Of a DNA stretch of 64,000 nucleotides, positions 10,817-20,581 are shown piece by piece. Origin of the DNA: an uncultured Cytophagales bacterium. Lineage in GTDB: Bacteria; Bacteroidota; Bacteroidia; Cytophagales; Spirosomataceae. The stretch covers positions 314,288 to 378,287 of the forward strand of contig CAVVQL010000007.1 in NCBI GenBank assembly GCA_963750355.1. The letters run 5' to 3'. The position numbers and the translations under genes were made by a program. Every line of letters starts with the position of its first letter. Positions within the stretch are counted from its first letter, which is position 1. The notes beneath the pieces were generated by a model. The model did not search any database. It saw only the letters and a program-made list of their open reading frames with translations, and had not been told where the DNA came from.

Positions 10817-11335
10817 TTATGCTGCCTCAGCTACGTTGGTAAAACTTGGTTCGTCGGCACTGGGTCCGTAGCTGCCGGGAATCGGGATATCTAACAGCCG
10901 CAGATAAACGCCCAACTGAGCGCGGTGATGCACCGTCTGTGAATAGGCCATCCGGATTACTTCGCCTTTGGTATCGGTGCTGAGAATTACGTCACCATTG
11001 CGCATGGTCCAGGTAGGTTCCAGATCCGCTTCGGTAGCATTGCTCAGCGCCGCTTTCCCCTCGGCCAGCGATTTTTCAAACAAAGCGAGGACGTCGGCTG
11101 TGCCGGCAACGGGCGTTGGCGTATAGTCCATGGTGGCAAAATCAATGCCGTCGGTATGAAGCGCCATGACTACCCAAGTTGGCAACTCGGCAATATGAAC
11201 GGCCAGGTTACGCATCGGCATGCTTTTGGGATGCGGCCGCCAGTCGTATTTATCGTCTGGAATCCGGCTGAGCATTTTACGGGTCGTCTGAGCCTCTAAC
11301 TCCATTTCCTTCTGCAGCATTTCGATGATTGACAT
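10817..11335 (-). CDS. DinB family protein
   Basis: WRPHPKSM...LAVHIAE and HHRAQLGVYLRLLDIPIPGSYGPSAD. Confidence 0.9.
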   Translation of the reverse strand: MSIIEMLQKEMELEAQTTRKMLSRIPDDKYDWRPHPKSMPMRNLAVHIAELPTWVVMALHTDGIDFATMDYTPTPVAGTADVLALFEKSLAEGKAALSNATEADLEPTWTMRNGDVILSTDTKGEVIRMAYSQTVHHRAQLGVYLRLLDIPIPGSYGPSADEPSFTNVAEAA

Positions 11336-11379
11336 AGCGCGATTTGGTTTGATTGTAACCTAAAGTTCGACGTAGGTGG

Positions 11380-11395
11380 TGACAGCCCTATGTCA
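11380..11395. promoter_or_regulatory. TGACA-N6-TGTCA inverted repeat upstream of dinB; candidate operator of a WYL/HTH_11 (YafY/YobV-type) regulator
   Basis: tgaca gcccta tgtca, 45 nt upstream of the DinB start; regulator assignment is recalled, not verified. Confidence 0.5.
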
Positions 11396-11452
11396 GTAGG
11401 GTCTGCGTGATTATCTGTTTTTGATACCTACCTGGCGAAGTAACGCCGATAC

Positions 11453-11489
11453 AAAAAAGCGACCAGCCCGGTTGCCCGAACTGGTCGCT
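11453..11489 (-). terminator. Intrinsic terminator of the carboxylesterase gene
   Basis: agcgaccag...ctggtcgct stem followed by a T-run on the minus strand. Confidence 0.6.
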
Positions 11490-11514
11490 GTACGCTCATG
11501 AATCGATTCTGAGT

Positions 11515-13147
11515 TTACTTCATCATCTGATCCAACAGGAGATACCGGTCACGGTGTGCTTCTGTCTCCCCCTTCGTGTTCACGTCGATCCGCATCACCG
11601 GCGCGGGCTGATCGGGCTTCAGTGCATTCCAGGTTGGCAGGCCCGCCCCATTTGGGTTACCCGTTTTGATGAAATTGGCAAAATAAGCCTGCATCGTTTT
11701 CGACACTTTCTCGTCGTCAGGCGTCCAGGCGTAGACCTTGTTGCCTGCCAAATTACCCATAGCGTACTCGATTTCGGCTGAATGCACCGCCCCTTTAGGA
11801 GGAGCCTGCCGGGGCGCTGATGCGTCCGCATTTCGAACAACACCACCCGCCAGACCGGCCGTGGCGTTACCCATTTCGGGAACCATTGCCGGACGGGGAC
11901 GGGCATAATAATAACGGTACACGGGCTTACCACCTGTTTTGCTGTGCATATCGGCCCATTTCCAGGTGCTGAAACCGATAAACCGGTCGCTGGCCAGTTC
12001 CGTAGCAACCTGCACTACGTCGGCATCGGTTGCCGGTGCATAGGCTTTTAGTACGTCGGCGGCCTTATCGCCATATACTTTCTGCACGCCTTTTGTGTAG
12101 TTGGCAATTGTAGGCTCTTCGTTTCCAAGAATCCCTTTGTAACCCGATTCCTCTGAGTTCCAGCCAACCAGCAGCGGCACGTGCGCCTGTTCGCCCGCCG
12201 CGAAAATGGCGGGTACCGATTTGGGGAAGAAGTACCCATCGACGCAGGTACTGAAGCGCGGCGTGCCTTGTTTGGCGGTGGCTTCCAGCACTTGTTCAGC
12301 AGGCATGGCCCGAAGCTCAGCCAGCGAATTGGCCCCCAGCATACCCGCAAACTTCACACCCATCGCCTCCGCATCGGCCAGGCTGGTGGGCGTTAACGTA
12401 CCCATCAACGAGCCACTCTCGCCGATTGCCCCGGCAATCGAGATTTCTCGACAGTGGCGAGGCCATCTGGGCACTAACCGACGTTGACCCGGCCGATTCG
12501 CCGGCAATCGTCACTCGTTTTGGATCACCACCAAAGGCAGCAATATTTTTCTGCACCCACGCCAGAGCAGCCTGCTGATCGAGTAACCCGTAGTTGCCCG
12601 ACGCTTTGTTGGGCGATTCTTTTGTCAGTTCGGGATGGGCCATGAAGCCGAATACACCCAGCCGATAGTTGACCGTGAGGGCCACAATACCCTGCCGGGC
12701 CATGCTTTCGCCATCGTAACGCGGCTCAGAGCCATCGCCCGCCACAAAGCCCCCACCGTAGAAATAGACCAGAACGGGCAACTTCTCGCTGGCCGATTTA
12801 GCGGGCGTCCAGACGTTGAGGTAGAGGCAATCTTCCTTCACGCCATCAGACCGGAAGTTCATATCGCCAAAAAGAGCCCGTTGCATAGCGCGTGGCCCGA
12901 AGTGATCGGCCTTCCGCACGCCAGTCCAGTTTTTGGGTGCCTGCGGCTCGCGCCAGCGCAGATCACCAACAGGAGGAGCGGCAAAGGGAATACCCTTAAA
13001 CGAGCGCAAACCGCCCGTTTCGGTCACGCCTTCCAGCGTTCCGTTGGCAACCTGCACACGCAACGGCGCATTGGTTTTGGTTGTCTGTGCGGGTGCAACG
13101 GTGGCCAGGCCAACACACGCCAGTAAGAGAGTCAATTCAGATTTCAT
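11515..13147 (-). CDS. Type-B carboxylesterase (COesterase family), secreted; frameshift near 12445
   Basis: Signal peptide, FKGIPFAAPPVGDLRW, EDCLYLNVW, GESAG nucleophile, GAVHSAEI in the downstream frame. Confidence 0.9.
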
Positions 13148-13330
13148 CAGTAAACCAGATGTTTATATATAAAGATGTAAAGCAGTCAGCGCTATGATTC
13201 ATACTGTTGTGCACACCTCGCCCTGTTTATAGGGCGTGTTGCTTCGGTCGGCGGCACATCACAAGACGCCTCAGTAAATCTGATCTGACAGTACGTCTAG
13301 CCACAGTTCGCTCGCTGAAGCTGAGCTGTA

Positions 13331-13497
13331 ATTGGGCATAGTCTCCAGACTATGTCCAGGTGATTGCCGGTCTCTGACCGGCGTGTAACTATAAGCTAAA
13401 TTATTGGTTATCAATGTATGTACGCTACGCCGGTTGTAGCAATATGCCGGTCTGAGACCGGCTATCGCTTGGACATAGTCTGGAGACTATGCCCAAC
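13331..13497. repeat. REPIN-like nested palindrome, copy 1 (downstream of RAYT)
   Basis: ttgggcatagtctccagactatgtcc...ggacatagtctggagactatgcccaa with inner gccggtctctgaccggc hairpins. Confidence 0.9.
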
Positions 13498-13539
13498 TTC
13501 AGAATACATTCACCCAACTTCAGACTACGTTCGATCTAG

Positions 13540-14085
13540 TTAAAGCAGATCAACCTCGATAAGTCCTTTTTGGCCGCTGTAATTTCGGGCGCTCGAATAC
13601 AGGTAATCCTGCGGCTCGTCGACCCAACCCGCCACCACTGGATTCATGTGGATGTAGTCGAGTTTCTGATCGATAAATTTATTAGACGTAATTTCTACCG
13701 GATGGTTTTCATGCGTCCAGAATTGGTGATTTGAATTCCGGACATGCCGCTGGGCCGCAAACTCGAAGCGCTTCAACATCCAGTCTTTTCGGCTCTCTGA
13801 GTCGTTGGTGGCTATTTCTTTCAAAATACTCGTTGCCGTGAATTTCTTCAGATCACGCACTACGTCAGGCAGGTTTTCCTGCTTGGCCCGTACCATCAGA
13901 TGCACATGGTTACTCATAATCACGTACCCGTACAGCTCCAGGCCTTTGTGTTGGCGACAGTACGTGAGGCTATCCAGAACGGTATCCCGATAGGTCCGAC
14001 GCGTAAACACATCTACCCAATCGATGACTTGTAGCGTTAGAAAGTGCGTAGCGGCTGGGTCCCGAATCAAGTAGCCCTGGCTCAT
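13540..14085 (-). mobile_element. REP-associated tyrosine transposase (RAYT, IS200/Y1_Tnp HUH family)
   Basis: YVIMSNHVHL HUH motif and KLDYIHMNPV catalytic Tyr; flanked on both sides by REPIN-like palindromes. Confidence 0.9.
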
Positions 14086-14110
14086 GTGTTGATAAGGTAT
14101 GGATGTATGG

Positions 14111-14296
14111 GTTGGGCATAATCTCCAGACTATGCCCAGGTGATTGCCGGTCTCCGACCGGCGTGTAATAATAATGTAATTTACTGATCGTCAATAGTCA
14201 TTTACGTTACGCCAGTTTGTGAATTACGCCGGTCTGAGACCGGCTATCGCCTGGACATAGTCTGGAGACTATGCCCAACATGGACTATGCCTAACC
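14111..14296. repeat. REPIN-like nested palindrome, copy 2 (upstream of RAYT), plus a partial extra unit
   Basis: Direct repeat of 13331-13497 with diverged AT-rich spacer; extra gactatgcctaac at 14283-14295. Confidence 0.9.
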
Positions 14297-14311
14297 TGCT
14301 GACGAATACGG

Positions 14312-15631
14312 TTACCGGGCTACTTCGATCTTGTACTTCCTGCCTTTCATCTTCTCATTCTGGATGCGGCTGAGCAGGTCGGCGACTTTACTGCGGCGGA
14401 CGGACGCAAAGGACATGAAATCGCCGACTTCAATGCGGCCAAGGTCATCTTTGGCGAGTTGGCCTTTCTGCGCGAAAAAGCCCACGATGTCTACTTTATT
14501 GATCTTGTTCTTCTTGCCGCCGCTGATATAAACGGTGGTGTAAGCGGGCGGTTCAGGCAGGGCGGGTGCCGTGGCAGGTAGTTTAAACTCGTCCAGGTTA
14601 TCGGGCAGGTAGTGCGGGGTCGATTCGTGGCGGGGGATGAGTACGAAGGCGGTGCCGGCCGCGTGCATGCGGGCGGTACGTCCGTTGCGGTGGGTGAACT
14701 CGGTTTGGTGGGGCGGCAATTCGTAGTGAATCACGTACTTCATGTCGGGAATATCGAGGCCACGCGCGGCCAGATCCGTCGTGATCAGGTACGTTACGCT
14801 GCCACCCCGGAACCTGATTAAGGCCCGTTCGCGGTCGTCCTGTTCCAGCGCACCGTGATAGGCGGTACTGTGCAGGCCCTTGCTGTTCAGCCAGTTGCTG
14901 AGTTGCTCAACGGTATCGCGGAGATTACAGAAGATCAGCGCGGCCTCTGAACCAAGGGTGCATAGCAACCGGAACAGGGCTGCCCGGTCGTCGGGGCCAT
15001 CGGTGTATACGGCTTTCAGCGTGAGGGCGGCGGGCTTATCCTCATCGGCCTCAAACGTCAGCGTGGTGGGGTTATGCAGGTCGATAAAATCGGGGATAGC
15101 AATGCCCGACGTGGCCGATACCAGCACCCGCGTTTGCAGGTTGGGCAGGTTGTCGATGATGTAGGCCATCTCGTCGTGGAAACCCAGCGTCAGCGATTTA
15201 TCAAACTCATCGAGCACCAGCGTCTGTATCCCGTCGGTGGCAAAATTGCGGCGCGTCAGGTGGTCGGCAATACGGCCGGGCGTGCCAATCAACAGCGCGG
15301 GCGGGTTGCTCAGGTTCTTTACTTCTGTTTCTACCGAATGCCCGCCATAACAGACGTTTACTTTAAAGCCCGTCGCCATTTTACGCCATACCTGCTCGAT
15401 CTGCATGGCCAGTTCGCGCGACGGCACCATCACCAGGCACTGCACCTTGCCCTGATCGGCCTGAAGCAGCCGCAGTACGGGCAGCAGGAAGCCCAGTGTT
15501 TTTCCCGACCCGGTAGGAGCCATCAGAAAGGTGTCGGTGCCGGGTTGTATGGCCTCTTCAGCAGCGGCCTGCATGGGATTCAGCGCTTCAATGCCCAGGG
15601 CAGCAAGAACCTGCGTACGTATGTCATTCAT
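14312..15631 (-). CDS. DEAD-box RNA helicase with C-terminal DbpA-type RNA-binding domain
   Basis: APTGSGKT, PSRELA, DEFD, SAT, ARGLD, HRNGRTAR; C-terminal GGKKNKINKVDIVG. Confidence 0.9.
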   Translation of the reverse strand: MNDIRTQVLAALGIEALNPMQAAAEEAIQPGTDTFLMAPTGSGKTLGFLLPVLRLLQADQGKVQCLVMVPSRELAMQIEQVWRKMATGFKVNVCYGGHSVETEVKNLSNPPALLIGTPGRIADHLTRRNFATDGIQTLVLDEFDKSLTLGFHDEMAYIIDNLPNLQTRVLVSATSGIAIPDFIDLHNPTTLTFEADEDKPAALTLKAVYTDGPDDRAALFRLLCTLGSEAALIFCNLRDTVEQLSNWLNSKGLHSTAYHGALEQDDRERALIRFRGGSVTYLITTDLAARGLDIPDMKYVIHYELPPHQTEFTHRNGRTARMHAAGTAFVLIPRHESTPHYLPDNLDEFKLPATAPALPEPPAYTTVYISGGKKNKINKVDIVGFFAQKGQLAKDDLGRIEVGDFMSFASVRRSKVADLLSRIQNEKMKGRKYKIEVAR

Positions 15632-15741
15632 TGTGTAAAAGTACAGCTTATCGCACCTATAAAGCGGGAAGGAAACCTTATTGGCTGATTTTGAGCTTCT
15701 ATCTACCTACAGCGGTTCCTTCCCGCTTTATCCGTTTGCCG

Positions 15742-15749
15742 TACCTTTG
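15742..15749 (+). promoter_or_regulatory. Bacteroidota sigma-70 -7 element (TAnnTTTG)
   Basis: TACCTTTG 22 nt upstream of the 15772 ATG. Confidence 0.6.
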
Positions 15750-15771
15750 CGGTATATAAGACAGCAATACC

Positions 15772-17100
15772 ATGACATTTGCCGACCTCAATCTCAATAA
15801 ACCCCTACAGAATGCCCTTACCGACCTAGGCCTGACTACCCCAACTCCCATTCAGGAACGGGTATTTTCGGTGGTTATGTCGGGGCGCGATGTCTGCGGC
15901 ATTGCCCAAACCGGCACGGGCAAAACCATTGCCTATCTCCTGCCCTGCCTGCGCCAGTACCAGTTCGCCAAAGAACGGGTTCCGCAGCTGGTCATTCTGG
16001 TACCCACGCGTGAGCTGGTGGTGCAGGTGGTTGACACGGTCCGGCAGCTGACTACCTACATGAACCTCGCGGTGGTGGGCGTGTACGGCGGCGTGAACCT
16101 GAAACCACAAACGGCCGAGGTGCAACAGGGTGCCGATGTGCTCGTAGCCACCCCCGGCCGACTGGTTGATCTGCTGACCTCAGGCGCAGTGAAGATGAAG
16201 GCCGTGAAGAAGCTGGTGATCGATGAGGTCGATGAGATGCTGAACCTGGGTTTCCGAACCCAACTGAAAATCATTCTGGATCTGCTGCCCCCGAAACGGC
16301 AGAATCTGCTGTTCTCGGCTACCATCACGCCCGACGTGGAACTGCTGATCGAGACGTTTTTTACCAGTCCCGTACGGGTCGAGGCGGCACCCGTTGGGAC
16401 CCCGTTGACCGGCATTGCCCAGATGGCGTACCCGGTTCCCAATTTCAACACGAAGATTAACCTGCTGCACTTGTTGCTGGAACGCGATGCGGCCATGAAC
16501 CGCGTGCTGGTCTTTGTCTCGACCAAAGCCCTTGCCGACGTGCTGTATGAGGACCTGTCTGACCGATTACCGGATCAGGTAGGCGTTATTCACTCTAACA
16601 AAGCACAAGCGAAGCGATTCGAGGCCGTAAATCAGTTTCAGGACGGCACCATCCGCGTGCTGATCGCCACGGATATCATTGCCCGTGGCCTCGACGTGGC
16701 CGATGTGTCGCACGTTATCAATTTTGATCTACCCGAAGAGCCCGAAAGTTACATCCACCGGATTGGCCGTACGGGTCGGGCCGACAAAAAAGGGATCGCC
16801 ATTGCGTTCATCACCGAGGCGGAACAGGATCGCCAGACAGCCATTGAAACCCTGATGAATTACCCGATTCCGATGGTGCCCGTTCCCGCCGACCTGCTGA
16901 TTTCACCCGTGCTGATTGAGGACGAAAAGCCAAAGGTAAACATGAAGACCATCACGGTGAAAACGGTAAAGCGCGAAGACGTGGGCCCGGCGTTTCATGA
17001 GAAGGCCGCAAAAAACCAGAAAGTGAACGTCCGCCGCGATTATGCCGCCGAAAAGATGCTGAAATACGGTCGCCCCATTAAGCGAAGCGGGAAGAAGTAA
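15772..17100 (+). CDS. DEAD-box RNA helicase
   Basis: AQTGTGKT, PTREL, DEVD, SAT, ARGLD, HRIGRTGR. Confidence 0.93.
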   Translation: MTFADLNLNKPLQNALTDLGLTTPTPIQERVFSVVMSGRDVCGIAQTGTGKTIAYLLPCLRQYQFAKERVPQLVILVPTRELVVQVVDTVRQLTTYMNLAVVGVYGGVNLKPQTAEVQQGADVLVATPGRLVDLLTSGAVKMKAVKKLVIDEVDEMLNLGFRTQLKIILDLLPPKRQNLLFSATITPDVELLIETFFTSPVRVEAAPVGTPLTGIAQMAYPVPNFNTKINLLHLLLERDAAMNRVLVFVSTKALADVLYEDLSDRLPDQVGVIHSNKAQAKRFEAVNQFQDGTIRVLIATDIIARGLDVADVSHVINFDLPEEPESYIHRIGRTGRADKKGIAIAFITEAEQDRQTAIETLMNYPIPMVPVPADLLISPVLIEDEKPKVNMKTITVKTVKREDVGPAFHEKAAKNQKVNVRRDYAAEKMLKYGRPIKRSGKK

Positions 17101-17149
17101 CAACCGGGTGCCAGACTTGCCGGTGCCTTTCCATTAACGTACCCACTCT

Positions 17150-18298
17150 ATGCCCTTTTCTGACCTCGGCTTGTCGAAGCCACTGCTGAACATTATTGCG
17201 GAGCAGGCCTACCAAAAGCCCTATCCGATTCAGCAGGAAGCTATTCCGCCGATTCTGGTTGGAAAAGATGTGCTGGGCATTGCCCGAACCGGCTCTGGCA
17301 AAACGGCCAGCTACGTGCTGCCCATCCTCGAACGGCTGCAGCGACAGCGCGCCCCGGTGCGGAGTTCGGTCAGCCACCGGGTGCTGGTGCTGGTACCCAC
17401 CCGCGAACTGGCGGCGCAGGTAGCGCAGGTATTCCAGACGTTTGGGGCCAATCTGCCGCGCCGAATCAAAACGGTAGCGGTGTTCGGGGGCGTCTCGGCC
17501 AACCCGCAGATGATCGCCGTGCGCGGGGCCGACGTGCTGGTAGCCACACCCGGCCGCCTGTTGGATCTGGTCGCGCAAAACGCGGTGAAGCTATCGGGAA
17601 TTGATACGCTGGTGCTCGACGAAGCCGATAAAATGCTTGAACTGGGCTTTGCCGACGAGATGAAACAGGTGGTTGATCTGCTCCCAGCCAAACGCCAGAC
17701 AGTCCTGTTTTCGGCTACCCTGGGCGACGCCATTCAGGATATGGGTACGCTGGCACTGCGCAAACCCGTTAAGATCGAGATCGTGGAAGAAGAGCAGGCC
17801 ATCGATCAGATTCGGCAAACGGCCTACCGCGTTACACCAGAGCGGAAAAGTGCCCTGCTCCGCTACCTGATCAAATCCGGACAGTTGACGCAGGTGCTCG
17901 TCTTCGTTTCCACCACCCGCACAGCAGATAATCTGGTAGCCAAGCTGGCTAAGAACGGCATTCAGGCCGTGGCAATGCACGGCCACAAAACGCAGGGTGC
18001 CCGCACCGACGCGTTATCACGCTTTAAATCGGGCCAGTTGCCCGTGCTGATTGCCACGGATCTACTGGCGCGGGGCATCGACATTCAGTTTCTGCCCCAT
18101 GTCATCAACTTCGAGTTGCCCCGCTCACCCAAAGATTATATTCACCGCATTGGCCGCACGGGCCGGGCCGAGGCATCGGGTGAAGCCATTTCGCTGATCA
18201 CCCCCGACGATGAACACCACTTTGGCATCATCCAGAAAAAAATGGGCAAGCGCGTTGACATGATCGACGCCGCTGAACTTAATCTGGCTGGGTACTAG
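17150..18298 (+). CDS. DEAD-box RNA helicase (RhlE-like core)
   Basis: ARTGSGKT, PTRELA, DEAD, SAT, ARGID, HRIGRTGR. Confidence 0.93.
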   Translation: MPFSDLGLSKPLLNIIAEQAYQKPYPIQQEAIPPILVGKDVLGIARTGSGKTASYVLPILERLQRQRAPVRSSVSHRVLVLVPTRELAAQVAQVFQTFGANLPRRIKTVAVFGGVSANPQMIAVRGADVLVATPGRLLDLVAQNAVKLSGIDTLVLDEADKMLELGFADEMKQVVDLLPAKRQTVLFSATLGDAIQDMGTLALRKPVKIEIVEEEQAIDQIRQTAYRVTPERKSALLRYLIKSGQLTQVLVFVSTTRTADNLVAKLAKNGIQAVAMHGHKTQGARTDALSRFKSGQLPVLIATDLLARGIDIQFLPHVINFELPRSPKDYIHRIGRTGRAEASGEAISLITPDDEHHFGIIQKKMGKRVDMIDAAELNLAGY

Positions 18299-18444
18299 CT
18301 CAGAACAGTTGAGCCCAGACTAAGGAAACCGGCCCTTTCTACACAACAAAGCGGATGAGAAGAAAACGGACCACCCCTTATCGTCGGAAGGACAAAAAAA
18401 GCGGGCCGACCATTCTTCAGGGCGACAAGCTGACTATCATTGGC

Positions 18445-19149
18445 TTACACCCCAAATAGTGTACCCAGCATCCGCGTGAATTCGGTTTGGAAGGGGGCGT
18501 CAATGGTGATTGCTTCGCCGGTATCGGGGTGCGTAAACTGAAGCTGACGGGCGTGGAGCAACATGGTGTTCATCCCGAATTGCTCCAGAAACAGCTTATT
18601 CTGCTTATTACAGCCGTGGGGCCGATCACCGATGATCGGGTGCAGAATGTGCGCCATGTGTTTCCGCAACTGGTGCATCCGGCCCGTCGTTGGTGTCAGT
18701 TCAACCAGTGAGTAACGCGATGTGTTGTGCTTGCCGAATGGGATCGGTACTTCCGTCCGCTGCACCGTTTTCATGGCCGTGAATGCCTCCTGCAACGTAC
18801 CCGGCTTTCCATCCCCGTCATCGCGGCGGAGTGGGTAATCAATGGCCAGTTCATCGGGGGTGTACCCCCGCACAATCGCCAGGTAGGTTTTACGTACCTG
18901 CCCGTCGGCAAACTGCCGTTGCATGGCCGAATTCAGCGCTTCGGTCAGGGCGAAGAGCAATACGCCGCCCGTCTTGCGGTCGAGCCGATGGACGGGATAC
19001 ACACGCTGGCCCAACTGATCGCGCAGCAGTTGTACGGCAAACTCGCTGGCATCGGCGGCAATGAACGAGCGATGCACCAGCAGCCCGTGCGGTTTATTGA
19101 TGGCCACCAACCCATTGGCCAGATGCAGAATCGGCAAATCGGTCATCAA
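18445..19149 (-). CDS. truC: Pseudouridine synthase, TruC/RluA family
   Basis: NKPHGLLVH, HRLDRKTGG, TGRMHQLRKH, PIIGD..HG. Confidence 0.8.
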   Translation of the reverse strand: MMTDLPILHLANGLVAINKPHGLLVHRSFIAADASEFAVQLLRDQLGQRVYPVHRLDRKTGGVLLFALTEALNSAMQRQFADGQVRKTYLAIVRGYTPDELAIDYPLRRDDGDGKPGTLQEAFTAMKTVQRTEVPIPFGKHNTSRYSLVELTPTTGRMHQLRKHMAHILHPIIGDRPHGCNKQNKLFLEQFGMNTMLLHARQLQFTHPDTGEAITIDAPFQTEFTRMLGTLFGV

Positions 19150-19197
19150 TACGTTGTTAATTCTGTTCCCTTTACCACTACGCTCACCTTAACAGCC

Positions 19198-19703
19198 TTA
19201 CTTTTCCTCCTCGCCCAGATTATGAACATCTCCACAATCCGGCTTAGTTGCGGGTGGTGTCGGCTCATAAGCAGTGATAAATAGATTTTAGTTTCCCCAT
19301 CAGTGGCTGTCCGGTCGAACTTGGCTATGTCATCTGTAGTGGCGGTCTTGTTGTAAAACCACAGGCCAAATTTGCGAAATCGCGCCCGTTCACGCCCGTC
19401 CGACGAATCACAGATAAATACGATGACGTGCCGCCTGGGCAGAAAGAAGTGTTCAAAGATGGCGAAGATCGTTGGGGCAACTGTCGCATCGGCCGGCAAC
19501 CGACCACCCGTTGGATTATCGGCTACTGAGATGACCATCTCGAATACGTCGGCATCAAGCGCTTCGTAAGCGGCAAAGAAGTCGGAAGAAGGGACAAACT
19601 TTATCTCGTAGGTTATATCGTTGATGGTAGTGAAGTAATACGAATTAAATTCACCTCCCAAAAAAGTGTATTCATAGGTGTTACTCTGATTTCCGCTTTC
19701 CAT
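19198..19703 (-). CDS. DUF6169-like hypothetical protein; true stop probably at 19198 after a frameshift near 19220
   Basis: YYFTT...YEIKF...IFEHFF...VFICDSSDGRERARFRKFGLW pattern resembles the Bacteroidota DUF6169 family. Confidence 0.6.
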
Positions 19704-19848
19704 TAACCTCTTTTAGTTTTGCTACAACTGCCCGAATTTCGGGGTTGTTCTGGTAGTTCTCTACCGCTTCACGCTGAACCTGTCTTTTAACATTGAGGAG
19801 CTGGCGGATAATGTCCATCCCACGCAGCGGTTTGGTTGGCGTTTCCAT
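19681..19848 (-). CDS. Small 55-aa hypothetical protein overlapping the DUF6169-like gene (absent from ORF track)
   Basis: METPTKPLRGMDIIRQLLNVKRQVQREAVENYQNNPEIRAVVAKLKEVNGKRKSE*, translated by hand. Confidence 0.65.
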   Translation of the reverse strand: METPTKPLRGMDIIRQLLNVKRQVQREAVENYQNNPEIRAVVAKLKEVNGKRKSE

Positions 19849-19907
19849 ATAGTCGGTGTTTTTTTACTAAGGTAGGACATTGATTAACAGCAGCATTCGC
19901 AAATAAG

Positions 19908-20483
19908 TTACGCAGGAAAACCAGGGACGGCTTTCACTTCTTCGATCTGTTTCCGGTGCCGTTCGCCATGCGACGCCAGCAACAGAACGGCCTGAAACGC
20001 ATCCAACGTACCCAGGAAAGGATGCTCAACATAGTGCGTCCGGTAATCCTCCGTTGTGGTTTGCACGAAGTCGATGGCAGCAGCGCGCTGTTGCTCAAAT
20101 GCGGCCAGCGCGGCCTGTACATCGGCGTAACGGCCTGTTGGTATGAAGACGGCTGGTGCAGGAGCAACCGTTCCCCGGCTCCGGACAGCTTTGATCACAT
20201 ACACATCCGACAGCTTCACAGCAGCGCGGCGGTCCGGGTCGGCGGGTAGGCTCATGGCCTGCTGTATACTCCTGAAAATACCCCGGTCGACCAGGACAAT
20301 GTGCTCGGCACATTCAGCGATCGACCAGCGGTCTGGGGCGGGTTTGTACTGTTGCTGCGCTGCCGATAGGCCATTCAGCGACTGCCTGAGGCTGTCGCGG
20401 GTTGCCATCAGCATGTCGATAGCGTAGCTGCGTTCGGTATCCGTAACCGGGCCGACTATAGTTGATGGGTGACGATCTTCCAT
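19908..20483 (-). CDS. DinB_2 family protein
   Basis: WSIAECAEHI, HPFLG, HGERHRKQI. Confidence 0.85.
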   Translation of the reverse strand: MEDRHPSTIVGPVTDTERSYAIDMLMATRDSLRQSLNGLSAAQQQYKPAPDRWSIAECAEHIVLVDRGIFRSIQQAMSLPADPDRRAAVKLSDVYVIKAVRSRGTVAPAPAVFIPTGRYADVQAALAAFEQQRAAAIDFVQTTTEDYRTHYVEHPFLGTLDAFQAVLLLASHGERHRKQIEEVKAVPGFPA

Positions 20484-20581
20484 ACCGACGAAAATACGGG
20501 AATGGACCGCCCCGGCAAAATCAAACTACCTTCGGGTTATACGCGTTAATCCTGTGGGGGTTTACAATCACCCCATCGCTC

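Noticed and set aside
13331-14296. CRISPR array
   Set aside because: Only two long palindromic units flanking a RAYT; no repeat-spacer periodicity and no cas genes.
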